Shown: one piece after another, positions 53,560-64,000 of the stretch | How the letters are laid out: each line of letters starts with the position of its first letter | How positions within the stretch are numbered: position 1 is the first letter of the stretch | Source: Rhizophagus irregularis | Lineage: Eukaryota | Length of the DNA stretch: 64,000 bases | NCBI RefSeq assembly: GCF_026210795.1 | Contig: NC_089434.1 | Location: forward strand, 3,720,001 to 3,784,000 | Direction of reading: 5' to 3' | Made by a program: the position numbers and the translations under genes | Notes under the pieces: generated by a model | Databases searched by the model: none | Seen by the model: the letters and a program-made list of their open reading frames with translations, nothing else | What the model was told of the DNA's origin: nothing

Positions 53560-56500
53560 ACTTATCAATAATTTGTAACAAATCCAAAATAGGGTTTTTT
53601 TAGAAAAATATTTTTATTTTTATTTCATATGAAACCATCTTGATCCATGAATAAATGTGTTACTAAAATACTAAAATAAAATATATTCTCTTTATCATCA
53701 GATCAAAAAAACAAAAGAAGCTTTTTTTTTTTAAATCATCTTTCAAAAAATCTTTTTTTTGTATTGATGATAGAATGCTTTATTTAGGTTAACAAAAAAG
53801 GAATGTTTCAAAGTAAACAAAAAGTTACCAGATGACCAATTTTAAGACGTAAATTGCGTAATAAAATCATATAGAACTTGATGAAACAAGTATAGTTTTT
53901 ACGCCATTTTACTGTGGATGGCAAAAAAATTTTTTTTTATTGTATAATTAATTGATATGATTACGATAATTTTTTTTTTAAAAAAAAAATTTAAAATAAA
54001 TAAAACAAATAATAAAAATAAAATAAATAAAACAAATAATAAAAATAAAATAAATAAATAAATACGATAAATAAAATAAATAAATACAATTAATAAAATA
54101 AATAAATACAATTAATAAAATAAATAAATACAATTAATAAAATAAATACAATAAATATATGGCATAAACAAAGATGCATTATCTGAAAGAGTTGTTACAT
54201 ACAATATTGCTTTATAAAGTCATTTATTGATCGAAAAAAGGTGACACAGCCATCAGACCTTATCTGTGATAATTACATATTTTTATTGTATGGCGATCAT
54301 ATGTTTTTTAAAAATTTCAAACTCCGTGTGAAACAACGATTTAGCCGTTCATATTTGCAGAAAAAAAAAATTATTTCATGTCATGTTTTTAAAATGTATA
54401 TTGTAAATGTTGACGTAATAATAATTCTATACTGTATTACATTCAATTCTTTTGTTTTGAATGATGAGACCGCCCTAAGTTATTTTAAAAAAAATAATTA
54501 AATTATAATAATCGGAGCGAAGTAATTTATTTTAACAGACTTCTATTTATCAATTACATCGCTAACATTTGTAGAATTTATCTTGTTGAAACATAAATTC
54601 TATAAATTTCTTTTTTTCTATTGATAATCTATGGATGAAACTAACAATTAATATTTAGTTTAGAGAAGTTAAAGTGTGTAGTTATGTATTCACTTTATCA
54701 TCGAAATCGGCTTATTTTGGTTTAAAAAAAATAACAAAATGAGCTTCTTATTTTGGTTAAAAAAAAAACAAAAGAAGTTCTTTTTTTCTGAAATCATCTA
54801 TTAGAACTTTTTTGTATTGGTTATTTTTCTTCGATAAGATGATAAAATGCTTTATTTAGGCTACAAAAAAGAATGCTTCTAAATAAAAGATACCAGATGA
54901 CCGAATTTTGAAACGTAAAAAATCAATAATGAACCTGAGTGAACAAGTATAGTTTTTACGCCATTTACTGTGGATAGCAGGAAAATTTTTTTTTATTGTA
55001 TAGTTAATTAATATGATTGCAATAATTTTAATTTTTTTTTTAAAAAAAAAAATTTTAAAATAAATAAAATATTACAATAAATATAATATTAATAACGACA
55101 TAAAAATAATTTATTATTTGCTACTTTAACAGTATTGTATAGCTAATCAATATGATTGCGATAATTTTAATTTGTTTTTTTAAAAAAAAAAAAATTTTAA
55201 AATAAATAAATAAAATATTACAATAAATATAATTTTATAATAACGACATAAAAATAATTTATTATTTGCTACTTTAACAGAGATGTCATTATCTGCATTA
55301 TCTGAAAGTGTTGTTGCATATAATATCGATTTATATAGTCATTTATGGTCTTATGGATCAAAAAAGGTAAATTTTATGTTATTATGTTACAAACTATCAT
55401 AGCTATCAGACCTTATCTAAGATCTGCCAATTCCAATTCTTGATTACATATTTTCATTGTATGGCGATCGTATGTTTTTTTAGCCTAGTCAAACTCCGCG
55501 TGAAATGACTATACATATTGAAAAAAAACTTTAAAAGTCACAATATCACTATTTTAAGTTTATCATAGTTAGCCGTTCAAAAAAAAATTTATTTCATGAT
55601 TACATTAAAATGTATAGTATTTATGTTGGCGTAGTAAATTATTTATACTGTATTACACTAACTTAAAATTCTTGTTCAGAACCACCATTTATTTAAATTA
55701 TTTTTTAAAAAAATAAGAAATAGAGATAATTATAATAATAATAAAATAATTAGAGCGAAATAAAGTTTTTCTTATTTCAACAGACTTTTATTCATCGAGA
55801 AATCATCAATGATATCGCTAACATTTGTAGAATTTATCCTGTTGAAACATAAATTCTATAAATTTCTTTTTTCTATTGATAATCTATGGATGAAACTAAC
55901 AATTAATATTTAGTTTAGAGAAGTTAAAGTGTGTAGTTATGTATTCACTTTATCATCGAAATCGGCTTATTTTGGTTTAAAAAAAAATAACAAAATGAGC
56001 TTCTTATTTTGGTTAAAAAAAAAACAAAAGAAGTTCTTTTTTTCTAAAATCTTCTATAAAACTTTTTTGTATTGGTTGTTTTTCTTTGATGAGATGATAA
56101 AATGCTTTATTTAGGCTACAAAAAAGAATATTTCTAAAGAAATGATACCAGATGACCAAATCTTGAAACGTAAATATGCATAATAAAATCAATAATGAAC
56201 CTGATGTAACAAGTATAGTTTTTACGCCATTTACTGTGGATAGCAGAAATTTATTTTTATTGTATACTAGTTAATTAATATGATTGCGATAATTTTTAAT
56301 AAATAAAATATTACAATAAAATTAATTTTATAATAACGTCATAAAAATTATTTATTATTTACTACTTTAATAGAGATGTCATTATCTGCATTATCTGAAA
56401 GTGTTGTTACATATAATATTGATTTATATAGTCATTTATGGTCTTATGAATCGAAAAAGGTAAATTTTATGTTATTATGTTACAAACTATCATAGCTATA

Positions 56501-59500
56501 TCAGACCTCATCTAAGACAATTCTTGATTACATATTTTCATTGTATGGCGATCGTATGTTTTTTTTAGCCTAGTAGAAAATTTCAAACTCCGTGTGAAAT
56601 GACGAAAAAAACTTTAATAGTCACAATATCACTATTTTAAGTTTATTATGGTTAGCCGTTCATGTTTGTGGGATTATTTTAAAACGTATATTATATTATT
56701 TTGGCGTAGTAAATTATTTATACTGTATTACACTAACTTAAAATTCTTGTTCGGAACCACCATTCATTTAAATTATCTTTAAAAAAAATAAGAAGTAGAG
56801 ATAAATAATAATAATAAAATAATTAGAGCGAAATAATTTTTTTTTATTTCAGCAGACTTCTATTCATCGAGAAACTATCAATGATAACGCTAACATTTGT
56901 AGAATTTATCTTGTTGAAACATAAAATTTCTTTTTTTCTATTTGATAATCTATGAATGAAAGAATGTGTTACTAACAATTAATATTTAATTTAGAGAAGT
57001 TAAAGTGTATAGTTTTGTATTCACTTTATCATCGAAATCAGCTTATTTGGTTAAAAAAAAAATAACAAAATGAACTTCTTATTTTGGTTAAAAAAAAAAC
57101 AAAAGAAGTTCCTTTTTTTGAAATCTTCTATCAAAACTTTTTTGTATTGGTTGTTTTTCTTTGATGAGATGATAAAATGCTTTATTTAGGCCACAAAAAA
57201 GAATATTTCTAAAGCAATGATACCAGATGACCAAATCTTGAAACGTAAATATGCATAATAAAATCAATAATGAACCTGATGGAGCAAGTATAGTTTTTAC
57301 GCCATTTACTATGGATAGCAGAAATTTTTTTTATTGTATAGTTAATTAATATGATTGCGGTAATTTAATTTTTTTTTAAAAAAAAAAAATAAATAAATAA
57401 ATAAAATATTACAATAAATATAATTTTATAATAACGACATAAAAATAATTTATTATTTGCTACTTTAATAGAGATGTCATTATCTGCATTATCAGAAAGT
57501 GTTGTTGCATATAATATCGATTTATATAGTCATTTATGGTCTTATGGACCGAAAAAGGTAAATTTTATGTTATTATGTTACAAACTATCATAGTTATCAG
57601 ACCTTATCTAAGAACTGCCAATCCAATTCTTGATTACATATTTTCATTGTATGGCGATCGTATGTTTTTTTTAGCCTAGTAGAAAATTTCAAACTCCGTG
57701 TGAAATGACGAAAAAAAACTTTAATACTCACAATATCACTATTTTAAGTTTATCATGGTTAGCCATTCATGTTGTGGGAAAAAAAAATCATTATGTTGGC
57801 GTAGTAAAAAATCCTAACCTTATTTATACTGTATTACGCTAACTTAAAATTCTTGTTCGGAACAACATATAAAATAATTAGAGCGAAATAAAATTTTTTT
57901 CTTTATTTCGACAGACTTTTATTCATCGAAAAACCATCAATGATATCGCTAACATTTGTAGAATTTATCTTGTTGAAACATAAAATTTTATAAAATTTTT
58001 TTTTTACTATTTGGTAATCTATGGATGAAAGAATGCGTTACTAACAATTAATATTTGGCTTAGTCATAAATATCAAATTAAAGTGTGTATCCACTTTATC
58101 ATCAAATCAGCTTATTTTGGTTAAAAAAGAAAAAACAAAGAAAGCTTTTTTTTTTTGAAGTCATCTATTAAAACTTTATTGTATTGATTGTTTTTCTTTG
58201 ATAAGGAGATAAAATGCTTTTATTTAGGTTACAAAAAAAGAATATTTTTAAAGATAAGATACCAGATGACCAAATTTTGAAACGTAAATAGTATGCATAA
58301 TAAAATTAATAATGAGAACCTGATGGAACAAGTAATAGTCTTTACGCCATTTATTGTGGATAGTAGAAAAATTTTTTTATTGTATAATTAATTGATATGA
58401 TTGCGATAATTTTTTTTTTGTTAAAAAAATTTAAAATAAGTAAAATAACATAATAAAATAATACAATAAATATAATTTTTATAATAACGACATAAAAAAC
58501 AATTTATTTTATTTGTTAATTTACAGAGTTGCATACAATATTGCTTTATAAAGTCATATTTACGAGTCAAAAAAAGATAATTTTTAGCGATCGTATGGTT
58601 TTTTAGTCTAGTAGAAAATTTCAAACTCCGTGTGAAATAACCATACATATTGAAAAAAAAACTTTAATAGTCACAACATCTCTATTTTAAAATATTCCCA
58701 TTCATCATAATTAGCCGTTCATATGTGCAGAAAAAAATTATTTTACGACTATATTAAAATATATATTATATATTATCGGCGTAGTAAAAATCCCACCTTA
58801 TTTATACTGTATTACAATAACTTAAAATTCTTTTGTTTTGAATGTTTCGGAACTAAACATAAATTATTTAAGTTATTAAAAGAAAAGATTATTATAATAA
58901 TAAAATATTTGAGCAAATTAAAATATTTTTTTATTTATTTATTTCAATAGACTTCTTATTCGTCGAGAAACCATTGTGAAATATAATATTCTATAAAATT
59001 CTATCTTTCTATTTGATAATAATTATCAAATTGTTTTATTAAAAAAAATAAATTTTTTTTTATTTATTAAAAAAAAAATCAACGATAAGAAAAATTTTCT
59101 AAATAAGAGATTCCATTTTAAAACGCCAACATGCATTAAAGTTTCTCAAATATAATAACTTTAGTAACGAATAAAACCTGATAAAAACAGGTGAACAACT
59201 TTTTGATGTGATAAAATGATAATTTTAATTTTTTTAAAATTAAAAAAAAAAAATCAAAATAAATAACAAATAAATGGGCAACCCATTTGAATTGTTTAAA
59301 TGATCTGCATTTAAAATTACTTTATATGTCTTCGCTTTGTCCGTCAAAAAAGGAAATAATTGATCTACACTTTGAATACTTAATAAATATTAATTTTAGC
59401 GATCGTATATTTTTTTAGTTTAGTTTTAATTTTAAAATTAGAAAATTTTCAAAAAAAAGACTATACATTCTGAAAAAAAAAACTATATCACAAATTTAAA

Positions 59501-59620
59501 ATAATTCTTTCAACATGATTAGCCGTTGCATATTTGCAGAAAAATATAATCAAATTTGTGTTGGTGTAATAAAATTCTAACCCTGTTTATACTCACTTTA
59601 TACTGTATCACACTGTCACA
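53560..59620. repeat. Tandem array of 5-6 non-coding units of ~1.05-1.25 kb
   Basis: Anchor accagatgacc at ~53827, 54892, 56147, 57222 and 58261, with a diverged sixth copy near 59105. The motifs tttacgccatt, atatgattgc, gcgatc(g/a)tat, aaactccg.gtgaaa, ttagcc.ttca and tatactgtatta recur in order in each unit. Confidence 0.93.
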
Positions 59621-60316
59621 AATCTAAATTCATAAAATTTTTTGGCAATCAATCAAGTTGTGACAATGAAACTATGTTCAGCGCTGCGGCCGCTGCGCCT
59701 ATAAATGGTGCGATTCCACGTGACAATAATTAAGTCACGGGATCAATACAGCATCAATCCATATTAAACGTGTCCAGAAATTATTTTGTTACAAAAAAAA
59801 AGAAAGAAAGAAAATTTCGTCACCGTGAATTTACTTTTACTTCCAAAAAAAAATAAAATAAAATTTCAAAAAAGAAAAAAAAAATATTTAAAAATTATTA
59901 ACATCTAATATTTTTGACAATTAATTTCAATTAATTTTATGATAAAAAAATACGAAAATTATAAAACGCGCCATGACGCTAGTAGATTAGCTAAGCTGAT
60001 TCTATTAATATAATAATTATATTCCACTTTGTAGTATTATAACTCTACAACATATACTTCACATATATTCATATTTCATATAAGTTTTCGATTTTTTTTT
60101 TATTTTACAATATTTGCAATACAAAAAAATAGTATTAATTAAATCTTTTTTTCTGACCATTTTCGAGGGTGCCGAGCAATTTTAATTAGTATAACTTGTT
60201 TAGTTTAGACCCTAGTTTTTGAGAAACGTTGAGCGCCAGTGGTGTGATTTAGTAAAGTCAAAAAAATTCGGCTATTCCTGTTTTGATAATTTTCACCCCC
60301 ACCATGCATAACATTA

Positions 60317-62450
60317 CAGTCGGACCTCTATGTACTGATACAACTGTTTGAGAAAAAAGTATCGGCACATCAAATTATCGATATATTAAGAAAATTTTAT
60401 GTACCGATATTGATCAAATATAGGTATGATAAAATTTTACTGTAATCGCCACTGGATATAACGAACCCTCCGTTCCAGGTTCGGTATATAGTGAATTCGT
60501 AATATAATATACCGAAATTCTGGATAATTTGGGCCAAATTTGTAGTGCCGGCCAGAATTAGAATTTCGTTTTGACATAATTTTTTCGTAAAAATTACTGG
60601 CCGGCGCTATAAATCTGGCCTGGATTAGTTTATAGTCACATGACTGTTCGTTATAGAAGATATGATAATATTATAAGGCTAATATATAGGGATCGGTTTG
60701 AATGCGTTATATAGTGATTTATTATAAAAGTTCGTTATATCCAGTGAAATTATTTATAAAAAATCAGTTCTGGAAATTCCGCTTCGGTATAACGAGGTTT
60801 CGGTACAAACAGGTTCGTTATAACCAGTGGCGACTGTATATAATAAAATATCTCAATTTAAATTAATTGTATAACAACGAAATTTTATACATTTATTATT
60901 ATATTATTATATTACTAGGTTATTAGCATAAATGAATAATATATTATTGCTAAACCCATCCGTCTATTGAATAAAACTATCTAATGTAGTTTACTTTACA
61001 TCATTAATATGTGATGTTAATACTCGACATCTTAATTTTTTCAAAATATTTAATTTATCTGGATTAGTAAATATGATGAATACTTAGAAAATAAAACAAG
61101 ATCATCCAGATGACTTAAGGTTTCTTTGGTTGAAATCACGCTATCCTTGGATTTCATCACGGGCACAATTTCATCATCTGCTATTAAACAGACACAAATA
61201 TGAAAAAAATCCACTACATCCATAGGATCATTGAATGGAAGTTGGTAAATCAGCTCTTGTATCTCCATGAACGAATTGCTCGATCATCATGATCCTCATT
61301 TGTAGCGCTCATTTCATCTTGCGGAAGAATTCGTTGCCAACAATTAAAAATTGTCTGCTGACTTACAGAATCTTAAGCATTAGTTAATTGATGGCATCAT
61401 AAATATTTAGTGGAATGACTTCTTATTCAATTCTTGTGAAATTTTGTACTCCTCGATCAAGTAATTTCTGATGTTGCGCCTGAACTATCAAAAATACACA
61501 ATTTAGATAATTTGAATCTAGCTTGTAAAACATCTATGTTAATATTAATAAATAATAAAATATATTACCGACCGTAAAAGAATTAATAATACCTGCATCA
61601 CGTAAATGTGCTGTAGTATTTAGTGTTCACATTTGTTTTCATTTATTACATGCGCTTATTATCAACCAGTAAAGATGGCGATTTTGCAATCCGCATTTGC
61701 CAATCCAATTTTGCAAAGATAGTCATTCCATATTGAAAGCTGCGTCCATGCAGTAGAATTCCAATAGTAATTATCGATAAATCTTCTTTTTTTTCCCATG
61801 GGATTGATAATCATGGATAAAAGTAGCTTCAATTTCTCATGGGCAGTAGCGTAACACATTTTTTGATTTTTTTTTCAGAAAGTGGACCTTGTACTAGTGT
61901 TTTGGAAGTTCAAGATCCATACAGTCCTAAAATAAAAAGAAAAAAATATTATTCATTTACTAAAAAAAAAAAATTTAAGATTACCTGTTTCATCATAATT
62001 AAAAACATCGTCCAAAACATAACTTTAATGATTTCACGCAAAATTTTCCTTTCTTCTTCTAATATTTCCAATGTGCACTTTTAGCTTCACCCCATTTAAT
62101 GTACTGTTTTAAATTACGACGTTCTTTAAATCCATTTATCCATTTATTAGGAGCTTTAAATTTATTGACTTCAAACTCCCGTGCAAAATTTAGCTTTTAC
62201 ACGTAAAATATCCGTCAGTATTTGGAATAAGGTCTGCACTCTGCAGTAAGTGTGTTTGTTGTTCGAAAGAGCCTTTTCAATTTAAAGAAAACGTGTAGAC
62301 TTATAGTATATTTATCGCACATTGAAGATCTGACACACTTTATTACAATTTCGACACAACATATAAATATAATTCGGATCTTTTTCTTGGATACTCTCTA
62401 AATGATTCCGGTGAAGTTTTGATTTCATCACATAATAAACGTACAATGTG
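60317..62450 (-). mobile_element. Decayed pogo/Tigger (Tc1-mariner) transposon with CENP-B HTH and DDE_1 transposase pseudogene
   Basis: TA|CAGTCGGACCTC terminus at 60315-60328. Minus-strand fragments FKAPNKWINGFKERRNLKQY, YVLDDVFNYDETG, YYWNSTAWTQLSIWNDYL, TTAHLRDAGII and EIQELIYQLPFNDPMDV, with multiple stops and frameshifts. Confidence 0.85.
60443..60836. mobile_element. Tc1/mariner-type MITE nested in the pogo element
   Basis: TIRs (t)aatcgccactggatataacgaacc / ggttcgttataaccagtggcgactg|ta. Confidence 0.8.
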
Positions 62451-62646
62451 TATAAACAAATGGAAAATACAAATTGACATTTATTTTTAATTTCAAGTAA
62501 AATTTATGAATAATCCGATTTTAACAAGAATCAGAAATAAATATTGTTTGACAATGAACGAAAAATTATTTTTATAAAAGAATTTTAATTTGTAAAAGGA
62601 ATTAATTTATAGTTAATTGGTTGGTTTAATTTATTTTTAATATCAC

Positions 62647-63566
62647 CCCTATAAAAAATTTATCAGAAAAATGATCACGTGTCTGAGTTTCTTCGAAACA
62701 AAAACTAGAAAAACGATCATTTATCAGAGTTTTTTACCGTTGCAAGCCTGTAATTAAACGATGTATTCACCTCTTCTAAGTAAAAATAAAAAACAATAAA
62801 TATTTATCGGATTTTTTCCAGAATTTATAAAGCATGATACTTGAAAATTTTTTTTTCCACCACGTAAATAAATCGACAAGCGGAGCTGATGTGAATTGAC
62901 AATGGTATGAAACAGACGAAGGTAACTCATAAAAAATAGTTTAAATTTCAACGAACTAAAGGGCAGGATGAATTAATAGGTAAAGATGATCTTCGGAGAA
63001 CTCGGAAGATGCCAATCAATAACGCTACTAATTATTTTCAGAGGATGTTCAATTTTTTGAAGCGAGGGAAAGTCTAACGGGTTCGACGGTTAATAAAAAT
63101 AATTTAGTTACAGATCTTAACAAATTGAATTCATAATTTAGTGGTATAATCAAAATATTAATGTGAATGGAGAAGGATCAAAAGGTAAAGGTAAAGAGGT
63201 TGAGACGGATAATGATAAATTAAATGCAAACAAAAAACGCGCAAACTCAGGGAAGTAGGGATGATAGTAATAGTGAGTAATCATGCAATAAAGTAATCTT
63301 TTATACTGTAGCTTACTTAGTCACAATACAGTTAGGTTTTTGTAGAATTTCTTTTGTATTAGTTTAAATACTTTATTGAGATGATGTATTTACGTCTATA
63401 TTGAAATTAATTACGTTCTGTAATTACTCCAATAAAATTTTTATAAAAAAAAAATGGTCAAAAGCTTCCGTATACAAAACGTGTTTTGCAAGATATGGAA
63501 TTGTATTTCAAAATGTATCTAGCCGTATCTCTCAGTATAAAAAACGTATCTACTTTTTTTATAGGG
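62647..63566. mobile_element. Non-autonomous CCCTAT...ATAGGG element (CMC-like), 920 bp
   Basis: Ends ccctataaaaaa / ttttttataggg. Flanks are ac/at, a possible mutated 2-bp TSD. A short derivative lies at 39724. Confidence 0.7.
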
Positions 63567-63589
63567 ATTAGAAACTTAACTATAAAAAT

Positions 63590-64000
63590 TGTGGTGCTAA
63601 AATTGTGCAAATTTGAACAACTGAAAATGAAAAAAATCGGTTAACATGTGTTCTTAGAGTTCTTGCAGATGGTACAAACTTACCACCAACTGTCATTTTT
63701 AAAGATAAGCAAATGCCAAGGAATTTATCTTTAAAGATAGACTTCGTGAAAAGTGGAATATCTGGACGAGTTCTGATAAATTTTCTTATACTAAAGGTGG
63801 GAATTTGAGAAAGCCCGAATTTGCAAATGGATACTGAGACATGACGGAAATTCCAAAAGAAATGATTGTAAAGTCATTTAAAAAATAAAAAATGCGGTAT
63901 TAGTAACGCGATGGATGGGTCAGAAGATGATTTGTTTGGACAAGATAAAAGAGGAGGAATTTGATGAAAACGAAAAAGAAATTATAGATATAGATAGTGA
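63590..64000 (+). pseudogene. Second pogo-type DDE_1 transposase relic, internally deleted
   Basis: TTENEK/NRLTCVLRVLADGTNLPPTVIFK, FSYTKGGNLRKPEF, IPKEMIVKSFKK*KCGISNAMDGSEDDLF are typical pogo DDE_1 and C-terminal motifs. Confidence 0.85.

Noticed and set aside
54660..54720. gaaatcggctta resembling RNase P CR-V
   Set aside because: No convincing CR-I partner or P4 pairing, and the motif varies among array units.
15160..59000. Numerous 60-99 aa F/K/I/L-rich ORFs in the ORF track
   Set aside because: They are translations of poly-A/T tracts or repeats, often without ATG, and are not conserved between repeat copies.

Overview
Very AT-rich eukaryotic nuclear DNA. The short GT-AG introns and the gene families present (TKL-type kinase, F-box/LRR-like, divergent MATA-HMG) point to an arbuscular mycorrhizal fungus (Glomeromycota, Rhizophagus-like). 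That assignment is an inference. Six intact-looking genes are supported: a 5-exon membrane protein, a SWIRM protein, an HMG-box protein, a 6-exon kinase, an F-box/LRR-like protein and a 188-aa orphan. The rest is mostly transposon material: hAT and pogo transposase relics, a possible LINE relic, and many non-autonomous TIR elements, several with readable target-site duplications (hAT 8 bp, IS3EU-like 6 bp, CMC-like 2 bp). There are two large tandem arrays. The array at 5.6-8.4 kb is an amplified exon-intron-exon gene fragment. The most unusual object is a ~6-kb array of ~1.1-kb non-coding units (53.6-59.6 kb) directly upstream of the orphan gene. Each unit carries nested, asymmetrically spaced complementary motifs, and inverted relatives occur at 36.6-42.6 kb. 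No rRNA, tRNA or CRISPR array was recognised. All calls were made by eye without database searches.
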